Source: the human T2T-CHM13v2.0 reference genome, Homo sapiens. From it: a stretch of DNA of 64,000 nt. The position numbers were made by a program, and so were the translations under genes. Positions 14,100-30,450 of the stretch are shown here, one piece after another. The stretch lies in the NCBI RefSeq assembly GCF_009914755.1, contig NC_060927.1. One strand, written 5' to 3'. A model generated the notes under the pieces. That model ran no database searches and had not been told where the DNA came from. It saw only the letters and a list, made by a program, of their open reading frames with translations. Each line of letters starts with the position of its first letter. Position 1 is the first letter of the stretch.

Positions 14100-14328
14100 G
14101 TAGGAGCTAAATGATGAAAACTCGTGAACACAAAGGAACAACAGACACTGGGGTCTCCTTGAGGGTGGAGGGTGGGAGGAGAGAAAGGAGCAGAAAAAAT
14201 AATTATGGGGTACCAGGCTTAGTACCTGGGTGATGAAATAATCTGTGCAACAATCCCCCATGACAGGAGTTTACTTGTGTAACAAACCTGCACATGTATC
14301 CCTGAACCTAACATAAAAGTTTAAAAAA
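14100..14328 (+). mobile_element. Short 5'-truncated L1 (L1PA13-15-like 3' UTR)
   Basis: 'ggcttagtacctgggtgatgaaataatctgt...aacctgcacatgtatccctgaacct'; TSD agaaa(a/c)atccaaa at 14087-14099 and 14329-14341. Confidence 0.9.
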
Positions 14329-15039
14329 AGAAACATCCAAATTATATATAACTTGTAGAATCATGATGTTTAATTAAATAGCTCAGCATAGCTAGGTCTT
14401 ATTTCTATCAAGGTCTCTATGACTCATTTTACAAAAGCCAGTTTTTATCTCTCCAGTTACTGATAATAAAATTCATCAGTATCATTAAAATAAATGTAGA
14501 TATCACCTTTTTTTTTACACAATTTTGGACGGCACCAAGGTGACAAGGAAGATAATGTTCTAGATGGAGGTGATTTTTCCTAACAAGGAAATGAAGTAAA
14601 CTCTTAACTGCTGATCTTTCAATAATCTCCTTTTCATTCATGCACTTTGTTTCAAATAAATTATTATAGCATCTTATACAGATGGTATAATTAACCTACT
14701 TTATTTAAAATTAACAAGTTTCTTTCTTTACCTACTCTGCTGTATCCCATCATAGCTACATTTCTTCCCAATGGAAGCCAAAATGGCCTGACATAGTCAC
14801 TGACTTTCTATACCTAGAGATTTCGATGTGGTGGAAAGAAAGGGGAAGAGACTGGAAGAGCTGAAGCACGGTATCCTTTGGTTCTACTTCTCCCTTTGTA
14901 CCCAGATCAAACCCAGATCCAATCACAAATCAGCCTGTAAAAATTCTAAAACCTGTACACACTGTAAAGCCCATTCCACTATGCCATGTGGAAGCAGAAA
15001 GGAGTTAACTCCACTCTACCGTGAAAGCTCTAGCACCGT

Positions 15040-15176
15040 TTCACTTTTTCTTTTTTGCTTTTTTTGTTCTTTTTTTCTTTTCTTTCTTCTTTCTTTCTCT
15101 TTCTTTTTATTTCATTCCTTTTTCACCTTTCTTTCTTTGTCTCTGTCTTTTCTTTTTCTTTGCTTTCTTTCTTTCA
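15040..15176. repeat. CT-rich low-complexity polypyrimidine tract, followed by an L2 3' tail (to ~15245)
   Basis: (ttttc/tttc)n seen directly; followed by tgaatgaat repeats. Confidence 0.8.
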
Positions 15177-16799
15177 CTAGCATCTCCTAGCATTATAAGT
15201 CGTATGTGGCAGGTTGTATTTGAATGAATTAATAAATGAATGAATATACAGAGGAATAAATTAAACAGTAATGGAGTAAACAAATGAGCGAATAAATAGT
15301 TTGAATTACTGTCACATAATACGTTTCCTATATTAAGCACATAAACTTAATTACCTTGCAATGGAAAATATTTATAAGAATATTATTATATATTTCCATA
15401 TATAGGTATTGAAGGTGTTATTCATATTTGATAAGAAGAAATAACGTAGCACAGAAAACTTTTAAAAATTCAGTGCAAAAGGCATTGCCTTTGCCAAACT
15501 ATAAGGATTTTTTTTTCTAGTGGAGTGGCTGACACCTTAAAAATGCTGAACAGCAGCCCTTGTAAAACAATTTTAACAAAATAGATACTTCAGTTTAAAG
15601 AGAGATATAAAAATCTGCCTGGTAAACAAAAGTCTTATTTTTTAAAAGTTCTTCAAGGCTGTGACCCTGGGGAAAGCTTAAATAAACTCAATGAAGAAAA
15701 AAAATTAAATCATAAAAGTTGAATAAGTCAAAATATAAAATATTCAATTATTATTTCCTGTGGGGTTTATTTTGTAAATATTTTATCCACAGTCTATAGT
15801 CAGCTTCTTCTCCTTCTCATCTTTTAAGGACTATCTGGGGAATAAACCCACATTTCCCCACTCAGTTGCTTGACTTCCTTTTAGTCTTCTTATAATTTAT
15901 TAAATGATGTTTTTTAAAACATAAGTACTTCAAGTTTTCCTTCTTGCTGCTTTGTGTTTTGTTCCTTTCACCCACAAAATTGCCACAATTAGTGATATAA
16001 AAAGGATCCATTAGGGCATCAGCCCATCCTTTGGGGTTTTAGCTATAATTGTTTCTTTCATGGAAGTGCCTCCAGTCCTGCCTCACATACACTGTGTTGA
16101 ATGTCCCAATATGACATAACTCTCTTAAGATACAGGAGATTTTATTTCATTCAATATTCAGAAACCCCCAGAAGTGTTTCTCATTCATGTTACAATTTTT
16201 AAAATAATAATGTGACCATCAAAGTTTATCTCATTACTTTTCTACTATGCACCTGTTCATAAAATGTGAGCCCAGGGTGAATATTGGATAAAGTTTAAAA
16301 TGCTTTAAATATGAATAAGCCTATAAGAATTGACTTTATGTTGAAATAAATGGCTTAACGTTCAGATATGTAATAAAGCTATATCACTATTTTTTAAATC
16401 AACATAATTGGTAGCCATTCACCATATTACCATGATTTTTCCATCCCAACAACAGACTACATGGTTTTTCTAGTAAATCCAAGTTATCAGAAAGTGTTAG
16501 TCTCTGATACATCTTTTTATTTTAAACATAAGCATATTTCTTTTACTATAGAGGCTAACTTAAAATTATGGGAATTTTTTTATTAACTAAGCCATACTTT
16601 ACAGGTCAACAATAGCATGTTATTTAAGTTACAACTTGCTTTCAAATTTATATTTTGGATAACTTATGATTATCACATATTTAATTTATTTAAGTAGGAG
16701 GAAAAATAATAATTATAATTACATATTTTATTCTACAGTATATCTTGATGTAAATTGATCATATTCATACCTGCCACTCATATTTTGAATAGTCTTTCT

Positions 16800-17305
16800 A
16801 TATGTGGGAAAAATCTCACACTGGGTGTCTTCTCCCCAGTATGGAAGGCAGAGCCAAAATTCTCTAATTCTCCAGCAATTATTGCCCAGAAATATGACCT
16901 CAGCTACACCAATCAGAATAACCTAGAGAAGATTGTTTTGGACATTATCAACATGATGCCAGACACTACACAGACTTTCTATTTTATTGGTGTAGTTGGA
17001 GCAAAGTAGCACTCCTAGAAAAGAAGTGACATCCATGCTGTGGTAGTCATGGTTTCTTTCAGAAAAATCTCATAGCTGATCTTTGCTTCTCTGTGGTGGC
17101 TGTGGCACCAGGGAGGTTCCCTCATCAGGCCATGACAGCCTGGTCATGAGCATTGCTCCTGGCAATTAGTTTTAAATCTTCATCTTTCTAGTCATTCTGA
17201 AGATGCTCTAAGCAACCTAATCTTTTTTAATAAACTATTGTTTTTTGTTTAAATCTGCAAGTGTAGATTCTGGTACTTGCAACTAAGAGGTCTAACTGAT
17301 ATACA
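16800..17305 (+). mobile_element. LTR33-like ERVL LTR
   Basis: 3' end 'aataaactatt...tttaaatctgcaagtgtagattctggtacttgcaactaagaggtctaactgatataca'; internal ccaatcaga. Confidence 0.65.
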
Positions 17306-18640
17306 AGGTTCTCATTATGTTCATAAGACCATCAAGGTTGGGACATTTTTTAGTGCTCTATGATTATAAGATTGGAAGAAAAATGAAGTAATAGTAAGTA
17401 AATAAAATTTTCTGAAAGTTTTTGAAACCTAAGTTATGATCTAATTTAATAAGCTATAGAATGACCTGGTAAGTCAGTAAAAGCCATAGAAAATACTTAA
17501 GAAATAATTCAAAATTAATGGTATAATTAGGGATAGACACATGATTTAAAAAATTGTATTAAATTTCAAATTGCATTTACTCGGGAGTGCACTGGAAAAT
17601 TTGTTTATCCTCACTGTCTAGAATACAATTACTAGAATCCTTTGCCCAACAATACTGAGTAAATGTAAAGTGGGAAAAAAAGAAGAAATAATTTTAAAAT
17701 AACAAGGTGGAAGTCTTGAAAAGGCAAATAACACATAAAAATGACCTCAGGGGGTATGCTATAGTTTTCTTTTTATAAAAAAAAAAATCAATATTTAGTA
17801 CTCATTTAAAGGAATAAAAGTGACAAGCAAGAGTGACAAGGAAAAGTGTTCTGAAGAGTGACTCTGAATTACGAAATAGCATTTCATATGACAGGGTAGT
17901 AAAAGTAGAATACTAATTTAGTGCAACCAATTCATCTATTTTAATTTACACTTTGCACTGTGTCACTCATTCACTAATGCTTGAAATATATAGATGCCTG
18001 AGATAGTTCTTGTTCATCAGGGCAGCTCTTGACGCTAAAACAGTAATGTAAATGTCCCCAAAGCAATAGACTATTACCAAATTGATTTATGTGCCATCTC
18101 TAGGATACTTTTAAATTCGTAGCCTATCACATGAGTACCATACAAAATTCAACTCAGAATTCAAAATTTAGTTGAAAAAGGACATCTCAGTTACAAACAT
18201 CATTGCCAGTTAACATTCGAAAAACAGGAAAATATTTAACAGAGAGAACCACAGTTAATTGAATATTTACCCTACCCCAAATATAATGTTACTAAATGGC
18301 TGCAAGGGATATCACAATAAAAGAAAAAAATAAATAAGCTGTGCTCTGAATTTGGGCACTCACATGAGCTAATATACTATTCAAATTAAATAAACTAAAA
18401 TGAGACTATTTTTCTAAAATCTGTTAGTTGATTTTGCCATTATTAAATTGCAGACTTTGTTCTTCAAATACTCCAAGATGGAAAATTCAGATGTAGTTTG
18501 AATACAAGGCTCTTAAAAATGACAATATGAAAAAACAATATTTATCTGTTTGATAAACTAATAAGGATATCATATATAATATGAGATATTACTCTCTATA
18601 TGGTCTATTATATTTAATGTTAATATACATTTGTGGGGAG

Positions 18641-19014
18641 TGATATGGTTTGGCTGTGTCCTCACGCAAATCTCATCTTGAATCGTAGTTTCCTTAATCT
18701 CCACATGTCGAGGAAGGGACCAGGTGGAGATAATTGAATCATGGGGTGGTTTCTCCCATCCTTGTCTGGTGATAGTGAGTTAGTTCTCACAAGATCTGAT
18801 ACTTTTATAAGGGGCTTCCTCCTTCTCTGGGCACTGATTCTTCTCTTTCCTGTGGCCATGTGAAGAAGGACATGTTTGCTTTCCCTTCTACCATGATTGT
18901 AAGCCTTCTGGGGCCTCCCCACCCATGCTGAACTGTGATCCAATTAAATCTCTTTCTTTTTAAAATTACCCACTCTCAGGTATGTCTTTATTAGCCTGAG
19001 AATGGACTAATACA
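18641..19014 (+). mobile_element. THE1 (THE1C-like) solo LTR
   Basis: tgatatggtttggctgtgtcc...gaatggactaataca; perfect 5-bp TSD gggag (18636-18640, 19015-19019). Confidence 0.95.
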
Positions 19015-19189
19015 GGGAGACACTATGTTGAGATATTAACTGGTGTGCTTTCCCCATTCTATACTCACAGACTCTCTTGTTTTTACTCTAAAAGAATCTT
19101 TTAACCTCCTTTCACCACCCTCCACAATCGTCCATAGCGATTAGACTTGAAGGATACAGCATGGTTAAGCTGTATTATTGAAAGAAGTG

Positions 19190-19425
19190 TGGACAAATGG
19201 TTAAAAATGCACTCTTGAGCCAGACACTTTGAGTTCAAATGCCAGCTTTGTTAAGTTGATAATCAGATAATTTTGAGCAAGTTATTTAATTTTTCCATGC
19301 CTCAGTCTCCTCAAACACAAAATAGGATTGTTTTATGGCTTATGTGAGTTTATACGCATGAATTGCTTAGAATAGTGCCTGCTACACAGTAAGCATTAAA
19401 TGTTCATTGTTATTAGTTGTTACTA
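19190..19425 (+). mobile_element. MIR
   Basis: Core 'ttgagcaagttatttaatttttccatgcctcagtctcctca'; 3' end 'gcttagaatagtgcctgctacacagtaagca'. Confidence 0.85.
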
Positions 19426-20129
19426 TGCTCAGAAGTCGTTGATGCAAGTATCTAAACAGATCGAGCTACTTATACTTTTAACCATTCCAAAAGACTAGAT
19501 CAAAAGGTGCCAGGCACAGAAGAACAAGTGTAGAGTTGATAATCATACAAGGAGCATGGGAATATGAAAGTCCCAGAGCAAGCACCTCCCACCGCGAGCT
19601 CCTGAGAGAAAGGTAGAAGCCAGGGCAGACTGAAATCCAAAGTCAGCTCATTTCTGGCAATCACCCAATTTGGCCAAATGTTTACCTGTTCTTTGAGATT
19701 CCATCTAGGTCCGTGGTCTACACCCCAACCCCAATATTGACAAATGCACCCAGCAAACTAGGACTTTTGTATAATCCTCCTGAGAGAATGATGAAAACTT
19801 GGAGTGACAAGGTAGTGCCACACAGGGAAAGCCTTGCCCTGCACCAGGATAATTCCAAAGCAACATATTTATTGCCAAATATTTATTGAATTTCTATTAG
19901 ATTTCTACTAGATATTTTCACAAACATTATATTTTTCTACTACATATAGTTTCTACTAAGTTTCTACTAGATTTTCCCACATGCATTATTTTACTAACAA
20001 ACTCTAAAAATCAGGAGTACCATAATACTTCAATTCTTCTTTTCTTAATGTAATGGCAAAGTCTACCAAAGATATATATTTTTAAAATGAGTATAGAATG
20101 TTAGGCTTTCTGTAATGAAATAGGGCATT

Positions 20130-20350
20130 CGAGCATATAAAAGGAGCCCTGCAATTAGAATCAGAACACCTACATTTGAATGGGCCCTGCTACCTGGTAG
20201 CTAGATGATCTTGTCAAGTCACATAGCCATTTGAGACCTCAATCTCATCTGTAAAATGAGAAACACTGCATTTGTGACCTTACAGAATTATTTTAAGAAC
20301 CCAATCACATAATAAATATGAAAGCATTTTAAAAACTGTACAGTGCCCTA
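20130..20350 (+). mobile_element. MIR
   Basis: 'gatcttgtcaagtcacatagccatttgagacctcaatctcatctgtaaaatgag'. Confidence 0.75.
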
Positions 20351-22129
20351 TAATTATCAGGCATAAATCTGCAACAATATGTCAGCTACTTCCTTCTAAA
20401 TGTCCCACAACAACCTCAATATAAACTCATTCTCTTCTGAGAAATGCACACTTTTATGCAGGAAGATAGCTTTAACTTTGGCAGTAATAACAGGTAATTG
20501 TTTTTCTTAGAATTCATTATTACTTTCTATAGAAAACCTTGTTTATAATGTTTAATGATTGAAATGACTCAAAGTTCCTTAATGAAATAATTGGTAAAGG
20601 TAATGAAAAATAGTTGATGTGACTTACTTTGCTGTGTTTTTTAGTTCAAGACAGAAAAAGATAACTTTAAAAATAAAAGGGTAGTCTTCTAGGATCCTAA
20701 AGAAAAGAGGCCAAACACATACTTAACCCTTGTTTTGTGTGGAAAACCACAGTTATATTGCCCCGAGTCCCCAATAAGGGGACAATGAGTACCCAAATTA
20801 AAATCATAGAAATGGTTGCCGATATATATTTGTTGTATTGAAAAGCTGAAAGGTAGGAAAATAATAGCTATGTTCCTGTCCCATGTCCTGATAATGACAG
20901 TAGTAGTGATACTGGCTAATCAAAAAGGTCAAATCAATTCAAAAGAGCAACCCTAGAGGAGTTTTGCATGTTTAACTTAATTTCATTATGTGATTGATAT
21001 TTATTAGAGTCAAATCCTGAGTAGTCAAGAATTGATTATCTAGTTTGTAAACTATCTAGGGATTTTTTAGGGTCTCTCTTACTGCCTCCATCTCCTAAGT
21101 TTTGGTCATTTCAATGTCAACTACCCTCCCTGCTGAATGGTGGATAGAGAAAGTAAAAAAGAAACACAAAATGTGCTATATCATGGCTTAGCAATCCTGA
21201 CAAAGGCTCATGAGAGATAATTTGGAAGAATTCAGCATGGGTTATTTGTAGATTTCTATATTTAATTATATTTGTGTTCTTCCTTAATTTATCTCATTTA
21301 ATTAATAACATTTTATTTCCCTTACTGACAAATGGTAACTCTAAAGGGCCAACTCAAGTATATTTCAAATTCCATGAAGACATTTATCTAAAAGCAAATT
21401 AATGATACTTTAAAACATCTTATTTTGCATGGTATTTTTTATTTTGTAATAACAATACATTTTTAAATTATAGACCACATTGAAGGATTTAAAATGTACA
21501 TAAGTGGTATATAATTCTTCACATTCTATAATTCACTCTTTTACTTGATTTTTAAAAAGATTTATCCATGTTAACACACACACGCTTTATTTATTTTGAA
21601 ATCCAAGTATTATTCTGTTAGATGAATGTACGATATTTATCTGTTTTCTAATTGATGTACATTTTACCTGCTCCATTTTCTATGATTTTAAATTATTCTG
21701 CAACTCTCCTTACTAATTTATATGAGCATTTTTTCATGGGGAACATCCAGGGGTAACAATTTCTGTGTCCCGAGATACATCAGCTTTACTATATACCAAA
21801 CTAATCTCCAGAGAATCTGAACTATTTAACACTCCTGATAGGAGTATCTGAGAGTTTCTGTTTCTCTAACACTTGTTATTGTCAGATCATTTTTCAGTTT
21901 TGTTTTTCAGTTTCAGTTTTGCCAGCGACAGGTGTAAAAGTTCTTTTATGGTTTTAATTTGCTTCCCGTGATTACTAATATAGTTGAGCATGTTTTTGCT
22001 CATTTCTTGGCCATTTATATTTTTTTCTCCTGTGAATTACCTATTCATATCCTTTGGACATTTTGATTGGCAGTTGATACTTCTGTTTGTTATTCACATG
22101 GGCTGCAAATGTCTTCTCTTAGTATGTGA

Positions 22130-22504
<375 letters not shown>

Positions 22505-23398
22505 TGTTTTCTTTCATAATTTGTGTTTTTTTGTGTCTGGAGTAAATAAATCCTTTCTTATCTGAAGGACATAAAGATGTTACTCTTTATTTTACTCAAA
22601 AAGTTTTAAAGGACCTAATTTAACTTTTTCCATATGGATAAACAATTATCCCAACACCGTTTACCTAACAGTTCATCTTTTTTCCTCATTTATTTGTAAT
22701 GCTATGTCTGTCATACATTATTGTCATATATGAATGGATCAGTTTCTAGGCTTGTTATATTCTGTTGCTCTATTTATTAATCATGTACTGATATCTTTAT
22801 TATTCATTTATTAAAATTTTTGTTATATGTTAGGTCAAGTTTATTATCCCAGTTGTTCAAATCATCATAGTGGTTTTTGGCCATGTGATCTTGCATTTGT
22901 AGTTTTTGAGTTCCACAAAAACCTCCCAAAGATTTCCTTATGTAAATTGTATTAGATTTTGAGATTAATCTGTGGTGCATCATCAAAGTTTTCCCAACAA
23001 ACAATCATATGAACATAACTTTCCATTTATTCAGGCTTTTAAAAATCATCTCCAGTAATTTTTCGCCTACAGTCTAACATTCTGTATAACTTTTTCTACT
23101 TTATAGAACATATTTTTATTGATTGATTTTTGTTAATTATTGGTGTATTCATTATCAGGAATGATACTGATTTTTGTATGCTGGTGAGTTTTAATAATCT
23201 GTCCACAGAATCCCTTAAATTTCCAATGTAGGTAATCATATGCTTAACAAATAAGGGGAGTTTTATCTCTTCCTTTGTGATTATTATTATTTCCCAGATT
23301 TATTTCCTTTTCTTTCTTACTGTAATCATTTTTGAACATTGTGTTGACCATTACCTTTTAGAAACCATAAGATTAGGCATCTTTTTCTTATTCCAGAC

Positions 23399-23778
23399 TA
23401 TATTAGTCCATTCTCACACTGCTGTAAAAAGACTACCCGAGACTGAGTAATTTATAAAATAAAGAGGTTTAACTGACTCACAGTTCTGCATGGCTGGGGA
23501 GGCCTCAGGAAACTTACAATTGTGACAGAAGACGAAGGATAGTTAAGGCACCTTCGTCACAAGGTGGCAGGAAGAAGAAGTGCCAAGTGAAAGGGGAAGA
23601 GCCCATTATAAAACCATCAGATCTTGTGAGAACTCACTCACTATCATGAGAACAGCATGGGGAAAACTGCCCCCATGATTCAATTACCTCTACCTGGTCT
23701 CTCCCTTGACATATGGAGAATATGGGGATTACAATTCAAGATGAGATTTGGGTGGGGACACAAAGTCTAACCATATCA
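23399..23778 (-). mobile_element. THE1 (THE1D-like) solo LTR
   Basis: tatattagtccattctcacactgct...tctaaccatatca; TSD cagac/ctgac. Confidence 0.92.
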
Positions 23779-24705
23779 CTGACTTAATGGAAATGCTCAT
23801 CATTTTCTTTTAGGTTTTTGATAGGTAACTTCAATAAAACTAGGAAAATTCTTTTTTATTGATAGTTTTCTTGCAATTTTTTAACAAAATATCATGAATG
23901 AATTTTAGAATTTGCTAAAGGAGTTTTCAGCATTTATCTTCATATGGTATATTTTCTTTGACTTGTTAATATGATATTTTGGAATAGTAGATTTTCTGAA
24001 GTTAAACTATTTTGTGTTCCAATATTATAATTAGTTATGGTGTATTGATTAACTGAAAGATAAATTTGGTTTGCTAGTAGTTTAGTAAGATAGTATCTTC
24101 AGATTTTTTGCATGCATTTGTATCAATATGTCTATTTTTAAAATATTCTCCTAATTACTGTAATATATCTAAACATTAGTCTAGTAGTATCTGTGCTTTT
24201 GCTGTTCTCCAAAATGGTAGGTGTAAAATAAACATGTCTGGCTCCCTCGAAAGCTTGGTAAAACTTATCTTCTCAGTTTAGTTTCTTTTGGGGTGGTTTT
24301 GTTCACCTTCTAGTCATGAGGTTGTGACTATGCCTATTCTGTATCTCAGCAGGAGCTATAAGCAACTCTAGGACTTCAAGTAGCAAACCTCATTTTGGTC
24401 CCCTTTCTTGAGGGTATATTTTAGATCCTGGAAACTTCTGCCTACTGAGAACCTAAAGTTAGGAAGTTAGGAAGGCCATATCATCATCTGCTCACAACTT
24501 TTCATTTCTTTTCTGTTAGTGGCCAAAAAAAGATTTTGCCTTTGCATTTGAGAAAGGCCATGTCCTTCTGACCTTATTTTATATTTTACCCATCTTTGAT
24601 AAGTGTTTGGAACAAAGGGTGTTATCAAAATATGAAATTTTGTCATAGTTTTAATTAAGCACCTGTAAAACTTAGTTTTCTTTTTCAAATATTTGATAGC
24701 TAGAC

Positions 24706-25765
24706 GTATTCGTTTCCCAGAACTGCTACAATAAAGTATAAACTGGACAGCTTAAAACAACAAAAACATATTATCTCACAATTATGAAGTCTCAAAGTCC
24801 AAAATCAGATTTTCTGAAAGATCATGCTCCCTCTGAAGCTTTCAGAAAGGAGTGCTTCTTTGCTCTTTTCTAGCTTTTGGTAGTTTGCGGGTAATCTTTA
24901 GTGTTCCTTGGCATTCCTTGGCTTGCATCTGCAGCACTTGAATCTCTGCCTGTTGTCACATGATGTTCTCTCTGTGTCTCTCCTCTCTTTTTATAAGGAT
25001 GTCAATCATATTGGATTGTGGGTCCACCTACTGACTTCATTAAATATTTGTTATTATTATTATTATAATTTAAGTTCTGCGGTATATGTGCAGAACGTGC
25101 AGTTTTGTTACATAGGTATACATGTGGCATGGTGGTTTGCTGCACCCATCAACCCATCACCTATATTGGGTATTTCTCCTAATGCTATCCCTCCCCTAGC
25201 CGCCCACCCCCCAACAAGCCCCAGTGTTTGATGTTCCCCTCCCTGTGTTCATGTGTTCTCATTGTTCAACTCCCCCTTATAAGTAAGAACATGCAGTGTT
25301 TGATTTTCTGTTCTTGTGTTAGTTTGCTGAGAATGGTGGTTTCCAGCTTCATCCATGTCCCTGCAAGGACATGAACTCATTCATTTTTATGACTGATAGT
25401 ATTCCATGGTGTATATGTGCCACATTTTCTTAATCCAGTCTATCATTGATGGGCATTTGGGTTGGTTCCAAGTCTTTGCTATTGTGAATAGTGCCACAAT
25501 AAACATACATGTGCATGTGTCTTTACAGTAGAATGATTTATAATCCTTTGGGTATATATACCCAGTAATGGGATTTCTGGGTCAAATTGTATTTCTAGTT
25601 CTAGATCCTTGAGGAATCACCACAGTGACTTCCACAATGGTTGAACTAATTTACACTCCCACCCTGCAAAGACATTATTTCCAAATAAGTTCATATTCAC
25701 AAATACTAAAGGTTAGGACTTTAACATATCTTTTTGGGAGACATACACTAATTCAACCCACAACT
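24706..25765 (-). mobile_element. MLT1C-like MaLR LTR split by an L1
   Basis: 'gcttaaaacaacaaaaacatatt...catgctccctctgaag' before the L1; 'ctgcaaagacattatttccaaataag...aattcaacccacaac' after it. Confidence 0.8.
25050..25663 (-). mobile_element. L1PA7-like 3' end (~610 bp)
   Basis: 'atgtgcagaacgtgcagttttgttacataggtatacatg...gctatccctcccctagcc' through 'aatttacactcccacc'. Confidence 0.9.
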
Positions 25766-26668
25766 TTAGGCATATGCTGTGACTAATTATATCAATTATA
25801 TTTTGAATTCAATATATATTGAATTTAATATATATTGAATTATTTGAATTCAATATTGAATGTTATATATAATCATATTTTTTAAACTTATGTGTGTCTT
25901 TGTATATCAAAATATACCCACAAACACACGCACAGAGATATGGTTATATGCATATTTGTAATATTCTCTTCCCACCATATCAAACTTTGACATCCATTTG
26001 TTGAACTCTGACTTGCTTCCCTTAATTCTATTATACATAACACTGCTCCCTTTGTTTGAATTGAAGCTACTGTAATTCTGACTGATTAACCTAGTGAAAG
26101 GCAGTCAGGAGAAAGGTCCCAGTCTTCTTATTCTAATAGCAACAAAAAAGTGCCTTAAGAAAAACAATCTATCAATACAATTTCTAAATTATAATGAACA
26201 AAAATAGTATGGAGCTCTTTTAGATTGGTAAAATCTACCTCCCTGTAATTTGTGGCAATTTTTAGTTTAAAAAAATCAGGTGTTTGGTATTGATTAAAGA
26301 GGGAACAAAGCATAAAATCTCACCTGCAGTAACATGTCAAAATTTTGCTGTAAACTAACAATTCAGGGAATACAGCCACTCCAGGACACCCAACAGAAAT
26401 GTGAAAAAACTGGGAAGCAGGACTACTGCAAAGCATGGCTAAATGACCTAAAATGCATTTTGGAGTAGAGCATATGTGTGTATAGTATAAGATAACAAAT
26501 TAGCTGTTTATAAATTAAAGATTCTGCATCATCCATAAATATTTATGGAGCACAGGTCATTTGCAAGGTCCACGTATTAAGTTCTTATGTAAGACATTAT
26601 ACTATTTTTTAAAGTATATCACCTGCGTTAAGAACTTGTATATGTAGAAAGGGGGAGATACAAAGTAA

Positions 26669-30450
<3,782 letters not shown>

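Noticed and set aside
14828-15340. F/L/S-rich and K/R-rich ORFs (120, 68 and 77 aa)
   Set aside because: Translations of a CT-rich low-complexity tract.
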